The position numbers and the translations under genes were made by a program. DNA of 64,000 bases, taken from IMG/VR virus record IMGVR_UViG_3300024989_000227; one strand, given 5' to 3'. The DNA is from an uncultured virus (IMG/VR IMGVR_UViG_3300024989_000227). Taxonomy: Duplodnaviria > Heunggongvirae > Uroviricota > Caudoviricetes. Positions 9,285-17,865 of the stretch are shown piece by piece (position 1 is the first letter of the stretch; each line of letters begins with the position of its first letter). Under the pieces are notes generated by a model that saw nothing but the letters and a program-made list of their open reading frames with translations, did no database searches and was not told the origin of the DNA.

Positions 9285-10046
9285 TCAGTAGTTCACGACG
9301 ACATACGCTCTTACGCCAGTCGGCTTTGGCAGCACGCCTGAGTTGGTAACGATCGCCATTTCGATAGGCGTCAAACTGAATTCGAACGTGTAGGTCATCA
9401 CCATTCGATCGATGACTTGGCCGGAATAGAACGACGCCTGATTGAAGCCCGTTGCATCCGTCGCCTCCTCAAATCCGAACCATGGCCCAGACTTGATTCC
9501 CTCGGTAACGTAGCAATTGCCGCGATGTGGGAAGAGACTGAGCAGCATGCTGTTGAGTGCGGGGATTGAGCATTGGGCGATGTTGGCCATCGCCTTTGTC
9601 AGGATGAGACTTCGATAGGCCTGGTCCGACAGGGTGTAGTTTGTCGTTAGAGGGCTGCCGCTGTAAAACGGAGCCTGATTGAAACCAACAGTGTCGGTTG
9701 CTTCTTCGAACCCGAAGTAGCTCCCCGGTACCGACACCTTAAGGATGCGGTTGACCCCGACGATGCGCCCCCAGACGTCAAGGCCGTATCCGACGGCCGT
9801 ATCGACATTCCAGATTAGATCGAAGAAATCATCGAAGTTTTTGGTCTGATCGATGTAGCCGAAGAAGTTCGTGATCAGCGTCGTCAGAATCTTCGAGTTG
9901 GCGTACTGCGATATGACCGTTCGCCAGACGTCGAAAGGTGGTATGGTCCCGATCGGTGAAACCCCGATCGTGAACCGGCCAAGCGCGTTGCTCAAAGGGT
10001 CTATCCGAGGATAGGGCGCGCCAGTGCCGTCCAGGACGTCGCTCAT
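9285..10046 (-). CDS. Baseplate wedge protein (DUF2612 family)
   Basis: ISQYANS, WNVDTAVGYGLDVWGRIVG and LPKPTGV motifs. Confidence 0.85.
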   Translation of the reverse strand: MSDVLDGTGAPYPRIDPLSNALGRFTIGVSPIGTIPPFDVWRTVISQYANSKILTTLITNFFGYIDQTKNFDDFFDLIWNVDTAVGYGLDVWGRIVGVNRILKVSVPGSYFGFEEATDTVGFNQAPFYSGSPLTTNYTLSDQAYRSLILTKAMANIAQCSIPALNSMLLSLFPHRGNCYVTEGIKSGPWFGFEEATDATGFNQASFYSGQVIDRMVMTYTFEFSLTPIEMAIVTNSGVLPKPTGVRAYVVVNY

Positions 10047-11461
10047 ACGACCGTCACGTCCGTGTCACCGGCCGCGGTGACGGGGCTTTCCGATATCCCC
10101 ATGACGATCTCATCTGAATTGGCAACCACGCCAAGCATAGCGCTTGGGCCGACTGTCTGGATCGTGCTCAGAAGCCACGTTGATCCCGCGCCCGAGACCA
10201 CGATCGTTCCCGGCAATATGCCGTCCCCGATGATATGCTGGCCTGCGGAAATTGATCCGGAATCGAGGCTCACCACTGTCAGCGTGGAGTCAGAAATCGA
10301 TCCGCTGAAGCTTGCGGATGGGCTGCTCGACGACCCCACCTTGATCCTGACGATCTGCGCCCACGAACCAAGTGCATAGACGGGGCCGTAGTAGCGCGAC
10401 GCAAATATGGGGGCGCCGATCTTTGCCCTTGGGCCTCCATCTGTGCCCGCAAATGCCTGCACGATAGCCTGCTGGATCAGCGTAACAGCGTCGGCCGGGA
10501 TCGACGAATTATTGGCCAGCACAACAGAGAAGATGATCGTCGTGGCGCTGGGACGTTCGAACTTTACCTCATACGCGGGGTACGGCGGGTTGTAGGCGGG
10601 GTTTTGATCCAGCACTGTCACCGTCGTGTTGCCGTTGTAGCCACACCCGGGCGACTTCTTGGTCCACAGCGCTCGAGCGACATCATCGTCTGTCCCGCCG
10701 ACAGCCGCGACGTAGATCGAATTTGGGTTCAGCGTGTATCCGCCAATCGTCAGTGCCGTGTTGTTGACGTTCTCGGTGACAAAGGCGTCGAGGACGCCGT
10801 CCGTCACAAGGATCGCGCCGAGGATTGAGGGGAGCGACCCTTGCGCGTTGTGGGCTACCGACAACGCGCGCCGCTGTTCGAACTCCGATCGCGTCTCGGT
10901 GTTTCTCCCGGTGGCGCCGTCTGCAGCATTGTTGACCGAATCCCAGCCGTTGATCGCTCGATAGATGGTAGTGATCGAGGCTGCCGGGCAGGGAATCGGC
11001 CCGGGCAACTGGCAGGCGAACTCAACATCCACTGTGCCGGCGTCCGGGATGACCGCGTCGGCGAGACTGTAATAGATGTTGCCGTCGCTGGACTGCACCT
11101 GCGATCCTTGCGCGATCGCGACGCCGGCGGCTCCTTGACAGGTTACGGTGACGACGGTCGGTCGTGCCGGAAACCGTTCGATGTAATAGATGCGCGCAAT
11201 AGCATCCTGCATTCGCCCGTCGGCATAGGCAGGGTCGACTTGCTGGGTGTACTTCAGGAACGTGTCATTGACGTTGCCGATCACGGCCGCCATCGAGGAT
11301 GCGATCTGGCCTTGCGGTGTTTCGAGCGCCGGGTTGAGCCCGCCGCCGAACGCAGCATCAATGTCCGCGATGACGCCGTTGAGAATCTCGGTTTCGGTTG
11401 GCTCAATGAAGCCTTTCGGGCCAAAGGAAGGTCCTGGAACGTTCGTCGTAACCGCCATCAT
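10043..11461 (-). CDS. Baseplate J/gp47 family protein
   Basis: ETPQGQ, DPAYADGRMQDAIARIY and GRNTETRSEF motifs; synteny. Confidence 0.9.
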   Translation of the reverse strand: MMAVTTNVPGPSFGPKGFIEPTETEILNGVIADIDAAFGGGLNPALETPQGQIASSMAAVIGNVNDTFLKYTQQVDPAYADGRMQDAIARIYYIERFPARPTVVTVTCQGAAGVAIAQGSQVQSSDGNIYYSLADAVIPDAGTVDVEFACQLPGPIPCPAASITTIYRAINGWDSVNNAADGATGRNTETRSEFEQRRALSVAHNAQGSLPSILGAILVTDGVLDAFVTENVNNTALTIGGYTLNPNSIYVAAVGGTDDDVARALWTKKSPGCGYNGNTTVTVLDQNPAYNPPYPAYEVKFERPSATTIIFSVVLANNSSIPADAVTLIQQAIVQAFAGTDGGPRAKIGAPIFASRYYGPVYALGSWAQIVRIKVGSSSSPSASFSGSISDSTLTVVSLDSGSISAGQHIIGDGILPGTIVVSGAGSTWLLSTIQTVGPSAMLGVVANSDEIVMGISESPVTAAGDTDVTVV

Positions 11462-11811
11462 CAGAAGCTCGCTGCCGAAGTTTGGCCGTTCTTATTGGTG
11501 ATCTGGACCTGTCCCGAGACGACCCGACGCGTGATGGCGGCAAGAAACGCCTTCGCTGCGGTCACCCCGGGTACCGTCATGGCAGCCGCAACGAACTTTG
11601 CCTTCATGTAGCTGATCGGAGGAGCAAGCCCGAGGATCTGGGACCAGTACGGGACACCCTTCGTCGTGTCGTAATACAGTTCACCTTCGAACAAGCGGAT
11701 CGCGCTCGCGGCGTCCTGCGCCTGGCTGTAAGGGTCGGACGCAACGGCAATGTTTCCGCCGGCGTCGGCGACAAGGTCCCAGCGCTCCGTGTCCAGCAAC
11801 AATGTTTTCAC
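11461..11811 (-). CDS. Baseplate wedge/sheath initiator (gp46/gp25-like)
   Basis: WDLVAD.GGNIAV and FEGELYYDTTKGVPYW motifs; GTG start at 11811 (11835 also possible). Confidence 0.78.
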   Translation of the reverse strand: MKTLLLDTERWDLVADAGGNIAVASDPYSQAQDAASAIRLFEGELYYDTTKGVPYWSQILGLAPPISYMKAKFVAAAMTVPGVTAAKAFLAAITRRVVSGQVQITNKNGQTSAASF

Positions 11812-11815
11812 GGTC

Positions 11816-12493
11816 CTACGAATCCTTTTCGTCAATCACCGCAAACACGCGCTGCGAAGGGCCGTCCACCGTGGCGACGGCGTGCGGCGCATTCTTCATT
11901 CCAAGGTCAACTCGGTTCGGCGTGACATAGACGGCCGTTCCCGAAGGGACGTGCTTCATCGAAGCCTCGCCTGTTTTAATCGATACAATCGTGTCGCCCT
12001 TGTCGGGACTGACCACGATCGATCCGTCATCCATGAACTGGATATAAGATTCCGGCTTGTCGCCGAGTAGCGACATGACCCATACGCCGTCCGCCATATC
12101 GTTGCGGCGCCGCGAGCCAGGCAGGGACGGTTTTTTCGTCTTGCGCACCACCGATGTGTCGCGATCGGCGAACACCACCAGGCCGAGGTCTCCGGGTTTG
12201 GGGTCCATGATAATGGCTTTGGTCCCCGCCTGCATCCGCGCGTAGGCGATCTTCTTGATCTGGCCGTGCTCGGATTTCTGCATCACGCCGTCGACCATGT
12301 GGACCATCGGCGTGACGTCCATCATGCCGACAGGACCAACCTGTCCGGCAACGGTGTTTTTCTCGACCCGGACGATGGTGGCGATATTCATCAGATTTTG
12401 CATCTGACGAGAATGGAAGTGCGATCGGTTGAAGTCGGTCGTGTCCGACGTCGGGTTGTTCTGGCCATAGTACGGCGTCGCCTTGTCAGCCAT
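11816..12493 (-). CDS. Baseplate spike protein (Gp138/gpV-like)
   Basis: DPKPGDLGLVVFADRD..S..PGSRRRNDMADG motif; ATG 12493. Confidence 0.8.
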   Translation of the reverse strand: MADKATPYYGQNNPTSDTTDFNRSHFHSRQMQNLMNIATIVRVEKNTVAGQVGPVGMMDVTPMVHMVDGVMQKSEHGQIKKIAYARMQAGTKAIIMDPKPGDLGLVVFADRDTSVVRKTKKPSLPGSRRRNDMADGVWVMSLLGDKPESYIQFMDDGSIVVSPDKGDTIVSIKTGEASMKHVPSGTAVYVTPNRVDLGMKNAPHAVATVDGPSQRVFAVIDEKDS

Positions 12494-12500
12494 CACGCCC

Positions 12501-13373
12501 TCACAGGATGGCCGGCCCGGCGTATTGTGCCTGCATGCAGCCGAGGCTGAGAAACCAGTGACCGTTCGGCACGAGCGACTGGAGGTCATAGTCCTGAAGG
12601 CGCACGCTCCACTTTCCGCAAGCTGGCTTGAGGTCGCTCTGGATCGTGACCTCGGTGCCGTACTTGATCGGCTTGCGGAATTCGGTCTTCACCATCACGC
12701 CGTAATCGGTGAAGGTTGGGTAAGATACCATACCGGTCTGCGGCGAGATGTAATTGACGTCGGCGGCTGCGCCCGGCCGCGGCTTGTCGATTGGCCAGAT
12801 TGCCAGCACGCCGTTTTCGACCACCATCGAGATGTTGGCGGCTTCGCGGATCAGGTTGGCCTGCACCAGCGGTGAACCGTAGTGGTACGGGCTCTCAAGC
12901 TTGACATTGACGCCGCCGTTCTCGAACTTGAGCCCCATCGTTTGCGCCAGCTTGCTCATCATTTGGCCGACGTCGGTAGGGCCATCATACGAGTTATAGT
13001 CTTGTCCGGTGCGCTGTACGGCGCCGGTGAGCTGCGCCTGTGCCAGGACGTGAAACGGGACTTCCGGCGCAGACTGGAATTCTCCCCAGGCCTGCGAGAT
13101 CGAGCCTTCGAATACGGTGTTCATGCCGTTTATCTCGTCACCTGCATCGACGACGATCTTGAAATCATACGTCGGGTGTATCGCGGCGCCGAACGTAGCG
13201 AGTTGGTTCATCAGCTCAAGCTTCATGCCGTAGATGGAGACTTGCGCCTCGCCCATGCCTGGCGCGCCTCCGACGTTGATGCGCGCGGAGACGCGGTGGT
13301 TGGTCAGCTTGACGGTCGGCTTGCCGGAGCCGCTGAAAGTGACATTGATGTAACGTCGGACGAAGTAAACCAT
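12501..13373 (-). CDS. Baseplate hub protein
   Basis: Synteny; ISPQTGMVSYPTF and GKWSV..YDLQS..PNGHW motifs. Confidence 0.78.
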   Translation of the reverse strand: MVYFVRRYINVTFSGSGKPTVKLTNHRVSARINVGGAPGMGEAQVSIYGMKLELMNQLATFGAAIHPTYDFKIVVDAGDEINGMNTVFEGSISQAWGEFQSAPEVPFHVLAQAQLTGAVQRTGQDYNSYDGPTDVGQMMSKLAQTMGLKFENGGVNVKLESPYHYGSPLVQANLIREAANISMVVENGVLAIWPIDKPRPGAAADVNYISPQTGMVSYPTFTDYGVMVKTEFRKPIKYGTEVTIQSDLKPACGKWSVRLQDYDLQSLVPNGHWFLSLGCMQAQYAGPAIL

Positions 13374-13693
13374 CAGCCGCCAAGTCCCAGCGTCGTCAGG
13401 TCGTCCGGGGTCAGATACAGAAACTCGAACCGCGCGCCGAGACCCAGATATTGCGGATTGTCGGTGCCCTGCGCGTCGGCGAAGATCAGGTCGCCCGCGA
13501 AGCCGAGGTAGGCTGAGCGGACAATGCGATTAAGATTCTCAGCGATCACACCGCCGATGATCAATTCGCCGCCGACGTAGACATCGACGAACAGCCCGTA
13601 AAACTTCTGATAGACGTTCAACTGACACTGCTGGTTGTTAAGCGCAACGTTCAGGGTCTGTGAAGGGATTGCCTGGAGCGGGATTAGCTGCAT
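13373..13693 (-). CDS. Small baseplate (plug) protein
   Basis: MQLIPLQAIPSQTL...YLGFAGDL.F.D.QG..NPQY.GLGARF; start ATG 13693. Confidence 0.75.
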   Translation of the reverse strand: MQLIPLQAIPSQTLNVALNNQQCQLNVYQKFYGLFVDVYVGGELIIGGVIAENLNRIVRSAYLGFAGDLIFADAQGTDNPQYLGLGARFEFLYLTPDDLTTLGLGG

Positions 13694-14406
13694 TACTGCA
13701 CCGTCAGATCGCCGGCATTGATCGGTGTCGGGAATGGACTGGCTGGCGTCGATCCTCCCGTGAAGGGGATCGGCTGAGCCGAAGCGGTCGCAAAGGAATC
13801 GACGCTTTGCTGCGTCGGCGCGACATCGGCAGAGGGCTGCACGTTGCCGTCTTGCGACGGCGATGCGCCGCTCGCATCCTTTGTGTTCTCGCCTGTCGTG
13901 CCGGCGGTGACGCGCACCTCGAGCAGCCAAAGGTCAATGACGAGCAGGCCGAGACCGTTCCGCGCGGATCGACGATAGTCGTAATGCTGCACGCAAACAC
14001 TCGGGTAGACGACTTCCGGCGTGACGGCATCGAACAACTGGAGCGTTCCGGCGATCGCTGATATCTGGTCGAGCAGGTCTTGCCGGTTTTGTTCCGACCC
14101 GCCCGATGCGAACTGCAGTCGCGGCTGAAACGGGATGTTGACCTTGTCGTAGCTTTCGAACCCGCCTCGTTCCACCGGATAATCCGCGATGGCCCACTCG
14201 CGCTTGAACTCAAATGAGACGACGGTGTCGGCGACAATGACAGGCACGCCGCCGAGATACAGCCCCCATTGAGGCGTGTGCTCCGTGCCGTATCCGATAA
14301 CGGTGTCGAACGTCAGCAGGTCGATTGTTTGGCCGAAGTCCTGCGTCGAATCGCGCAGCAACGGAGGTACGCCCGGAACGTCAGGAACAATCGGAAAGTC
14401 GACCAT
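13693..14406 (-). CDS. Dit-like baseplate/tail tube initiator protein
   Basis: IADYPVERGGFESYDKV and VVTPE-like motifs; follows the tape measure gene. Confidence 0.75.
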   Translation of the reverse strand: MVDFPIVPDVPGVPPLLRDSTQDFGQTIDLLTFDTVIGYGTEHTPQWGLYLGGVPVIVADTVVSFEFKREWAIADYPVERGGFESYDKVNIPFQPRLQFASGGSEQNRQDLLDQISAIAGTLQLFDAVTPEVVYPSVCVQHYDYRRSARNGLGLLVIDLWLLEVRVTAGTTGENTKDASGASPSQDGNVQPSADVAPTQQSVDSFATASAQPIPFTGGSTPASPFPTPINAGDLTVQ

Positions 14407-14407
14407 A

Positions 14408-16138
14408 TCAGTTGGGTCCCTGATTGGCCTGGTTCATCGTTGAAGTTCGGCGCAGTGACGCAGCAATATCGGCCGCGTGCTGGTTCGGATCGTTCGACGG
14501 CGAGTAGACGTTGAGGTTTTGGACGCTGGTGGAACTCGTCGTGTTGTTGTGCGACACGTTGCCAGCGTCCTGGAAGGCGAGCAAACCTGGGTGAGGGACT
14601 ATGGCGGCGACGCCGCTCGACCAGATATCCCGGGGAGCACTCCTAGGACCGGCAGACTCGATCCCGAGTACGCCCCGTGCCGCAGCGTAGCGAGCGCCAG
14701 AATTATCGACTGCGGGCCTTTCGAAGTTGTTGGTCAGCACGCGAGTGCCATAGGCCATCGTCCCCGGCGTCGCCGTCATGAGGGCATTGCGCGATGCCCG
14801 ATAGGTGGGGTCGTTCATCGCTTCCGTCGCCATGTACCGAGATTGACCCTCGAGGCTGTTCATCGCATAGCCGTTCTTCTTCAGCCATTCGAACATTCGC
14901 GCGCGGCGGCCGAGCCGGGCGCCATAGATGCCGTAGCCCGTACCGCCGTCGTGGGTCAGGTTCGGATTCAGGTTGCTTTCCGCGATGGCCTGGCCAGCGA
15001 GCATTGATGCAGCCGATTCTACATTGGCCTCCGGCACACCTTCGCGACGGAGCTGATCCATCATGTAGCCCTTGGCGGCCGCTGCGCGCGCATTGGGACT
15101 TCGCGGGGCAACATCATTTCCGCCAGCGGTTGGCGCCGCTGGCTGAGAGGTCCGATCGGAGGGGGCAACAGTTGCACCGGATTCCGATCGTTGTTTGGAC
15201 TCTCCGGTCTCGCTTTTCTTCTTGTCACCATCCCACCAAGACTTGATGCGACCGAAGATAGATTTCGACCCGCCCATCTCCGGCAGGTGCTTGTCGGTGA
15301 ACTTCTGGACCTCTTCGGCGGGCGCCGGCGTGAGGTACTTAGCCATCTTGTCGAGGAAGTTCAGAACCTTCTCGATTGTGGGTATGAGGTGAAGTGAGAT
15401 GGATCGCGCCAACCTCTCGCTGTCGAGAGCTAACTGATGGAACGCTGTATTGAGGCTCTCGAACTTCTTTCGGTCTCCATCTGATAACGCGGCCTTTTTG
15501 TTTTCGTCGAGCGCAGCGCGCAGCTTCTCCGGGCCCTGCAGCAACAGGTTGATCATGCCGGGGCTTTGCCCCATCTCCGAGAAAACCTGAGCTGCCGCTT
15601 CGGGCCGCTGGGTCTTTGCCCATCGCGACATATCCATGAGGACGTCTGTCGTGTCACGAGCCTTTCCGTTGCGATCGTACGGGTTGACATTCATCGCTCG
15701 GAAGAATTTCTGGACGCCACTGACGCCATGCAACTGACCGGCCAAGAGTTGCCGGTTCATATTGGCGATCGAACCCGCGATCTCGCCAGCCGTCGCACCA
15801 ACTTTCGCGCCGGCGCCTTCCCAAATCTCGAGCGATTGGGCTGACACCCCGATTTGTTTCGAAAGGTACGTGGTTTGCGTGGTGATGGCCGCCATCTTTT
15901 TGGAGAACTCGGTAATTCCGAGCCCGCCAGTGAATAGGGCGGCGATGCCAAGCAGCTTTCCCTGTAGACTGCCGAATGCCTTAAGCATATCGCCTGCGCC
16001 TTCAGAAACCTCCTTCGATCCCTCCCTGGCTGCCTTCTTTGTCTTATCGAGAGCTTCGGCCGCCTTCCTTTGACCGGCCTGGAAATCTTTCGGATCAAGA
16101 CCGAGCGTGACAATGAGTTCGTCGACAATCGTCGGCAT
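14408..16138 (-). CDS. Tape measure protein with C-terminal phage tail lysozyme domain
   Basis: MPTIVDELIVTLGLD N-terminus; helical body; AESNLNP...GYGI...RRAR...NFERP lysozyme-like segment. Confidence 0.85.
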   Translation of the reverse strand: MPTIVDELIVTLGLDPKDFQAGQRKAAEALDKTKKAAREGSKEVSEGAGDMLKAFGSLQGKLLGIAALFTGGLGITEFSKKMAAITTQTTYLSKQIGVSAQSLEIWEGAGAKVGATAGEIAGSIANMNRQLLAGQLHGVSGVQKFFRAMNVNPYDRNGKARDTTDVLMDMSRWAKTQRPEAAAQVFSEMGQSPGMINLLLQGPEKLRAALDENKKAALSDGDRKKFESLNTAFHQLALDSERLARSISLHLIPTIEKVLNFLDKMAKYLTPAPAEEVQKFTDKHLPEMGGSKSIFGRIKSWWDGDKKKSETGESKQRSESGATVAPSDRTSQPAAPTAGGNDVAPRSPNARAAAAKGYMMDQLRREGVPEANVESAASMLAGQAIAESNLNPNLTHDGGTGYGIYGARLGRRARMFEWLKKNGYAMNSLEGQSRYMATEAMNDPTYRASRNALMTATPGTMAYGTRVLTNNFERPAVDNSGARYAAARGVLGIESAGPRSAPRDIWSSGVAAIVPHPGLLAFQDAGNVSHNNTTSSTSVQNLNVYSPSNDPNQHAADIAASLRRTSTMNQANQGPN

Positions 16139-16145
16139 TTCTACC

Positions 16146-16376
16146 TCACTTGTCGGCGTCGCGCTTCGACAGGTACCGGTGCGCCGCAGCCTTGTTGTGC
16201 GCGTCGACGCTCACGACCTCGAGGAGAAAATACAGATCCTCCGTCGAATAGATCGTCTCGCATTCGTGCAGCGTGGCCTTGCCCGACGAGATCACGTTTC
16301 CGATGAGACGGGGGACGTTAGGGTACTCAAGGAGACCCGGGATTTCGCCAATGTCGCCGACGCCGAGGTCAACCAC
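16146..16376 (-). CDS. Tail assembly chaperone, gpT-like segment (probably reached by -1 frameshift)
   Basis: Overlaps the upstream chaperone in the -1 frame; ATLHECETIYSTEDLY motif. Confidence 0.65.
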   Translation of the reverse strand: MVDLGVGDIGEIPGLLEYPNVPRLIGNVISSGKATLHECETIYSTEDLYFLLEVVSVDAHNKAAAHRYLSKRDADK

Positions 16377-16777
16377 GACTGGACGCCGGCCAGCGTAAAA
16401 GACGCGTGCAGTTGCAGCACCTCGCGCCTGATCAGGTACACTGTCTCGATATCCTCGATGTCGGTGTCAAACTGGATCGGTACCGCCGTGCTCGGATTGC
16501 GCGGGTCTCGAATGATGCTGACGCACCCCATCAGCTCGTCGAGCAACGGATCGAGTTCTTCGTATTTTGCCATCGCCAGCATGTTGATGCCGGCGGCCAC
16601 GAGACCGACAATGCCCTGGCTGGCGTAATCGGCGCCAATATCGATGCCGGAATGCGCCAACGCGAGGAATGCTCGATCCGCCCACCTCGCAGCCTTCAAC
16701 GCGGGCATTTCGGTGATCAGGAAGTGTTTCCCCGTATCTCGCCCGTCATTGATTATGACGACTTTGGTCTTTCTCAC
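16292..16777 (-). CDS. Tail assembly chaperone (gpG-like)
   Basis: Lies between tube and tape measure; GRDTGKHFLITEMPA..A..WA and DIEDI motifs. Confidence 0.78.
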   Translation of the reverse strand: MRKTKVVIINDGRDTGKHFLITEMPALKAARWADRAFLALAHSGIDIGADYASQGIVGLVAAGINMLAMAKYEELDPLLDELMGCVSIIRDPRNPSTAVPIQFDTDIEDIETVYLIRREVLQLHASFTLAGVQSWLTSASATLAKSRVSLSTLTSPVSSET

Positions 16778-16797
16778 TGGTACGCCTCTTTACTGGA

Positions 16798-17229
16798 TCA
16801 CACGTTGGCGGGCAGCACTGTCTCCCAGACGATGCCAAAGCGCCGGGGCTGCAAGACTTTCGCCGCGTCAGCCATTGGCTTGTAACGGGTCAGGGTTCCG
16901 TTCGAGCAGGTCCATTTCTTGTTGAGTGACGGGAATACCACCGACATCTGCGCGAAGTAGACATCCTGCAGCACCTTGGACGCTGCGGCCCACTGGTCGA
17001 AGATCGCGTTCGATATCGAATCCGCCTGCAGTGCGATCGACATCGGCACCGGCATGTTGACGAAACCAGCCGAAAGCTTCCCATCGACGCCCATGACAGG
17101 TTCAGTGACCTGGATATCCTCGGTCGAGAAGATATCGTCCGCCGCGAAGCCCTGCAGTTGCTGCGGCGCCGGAAAGAGGCTCGTGATCGAGAGCATCAAT
17201 ACGGCATTGGCCGAAGTGATCGAACCCAT
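16798..17229 (-). CDS. Tail tube protein
   Basis: ITSANAVL..QLQGFAADD..MGVDGKLSAG motif; AAGGAGA RBS. Confidence 0.85.
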   Translation of the reverse strand: MGSITSANAVLMLSITSLFPAPQQLQGFAADDIFSTEDIQVTEPVMGVDGKLSAGFVNMPVPMSIALQADSISNAIFDQWAAASKVLQDVYFAQMSVVFPSLNKKWTCSNGTLTRYKPMADAAKVLQPRRFGIVWETVLPANV

Positions 17230-17245
17230 TGTGAATGTCTCCTTG

Positions 17246-17863
17246 TTAGGCGGCCAACTGATCCGGGACGCATCCCGTCAAGTCCGGCATGTCCGGCCAC
17301 CAGCGATTGGATTTCGACTGGTTCTCATAAGATGGAATGATGCGAAGGTTGGCCTCGCAGTGAAGGCCGCACACCCACGGAGACTGTAATGGGACGATGT
17401 GATCGACGTGATGCTCGACGCCGGTCAGTTCGGTGAGGCGGACGGCTTCGGCGTAGATGGCGAGCATGGCCTTGCGATTTGCCCAAGCCGGCGTGGCCTG
17501 CTTTTCGGCGGCGCGTCGCATGGAACGTCGCAGCCGGTTCAGGTCTGGACGTTCCTTTGCCGCCGCGCGCGATCTTGCACGCATCGCTTCGATATTCTCA
17601 GCGTAGTACCGCCTATTGGCTGCGGACATCTTGGCTTTGTTTTTCGCGCGCCATTCTCTTGACTTAGCCCGCATCGATTCCGCATCTGCATCGTACCGGC
17701 GCTTGTTGTAAGCGGACGAATGGTCTCGATTCCTGGCTGCCCAGGCGCGATGAGATGCGCGCTCGCATTCACGACATTCTGGGCGACGGCGCATCTTTGA
17801 CCTACCCGAGGTGCGAAATTCGGATAGGTCCTTTTCTTCGTTGCATTTTGCGCAGGTCTTCAC
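17246..17863 (-). CDS. HNH homing endonuclease
   Basis: CAKC...CREC zinc finger; ATPAWAN; HHVDHIVPLQ..VCGLHCEANL..ENQSKSN. Confidence 0.9.
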   Translation of the reverse strand: MKTCAKCNEEKDLSEFRTSGRSKMRRRPECRECERASHRAWAARNRDHSSAYNKRRYDADAESMRAKSREWRAKNKAKMSAANRRYYAENIEAMRARSRAAAKERPDLNRLRRSMRRAAEKQATPAWANRKAMLAIYAEAVRLTELTGVEHHVDHIVPLQSPWVCGLHCEANLRIIPSYENQSKSNRWWPDMPDLTGCVPDQLAA

Positions 17864-17865
17864 AG

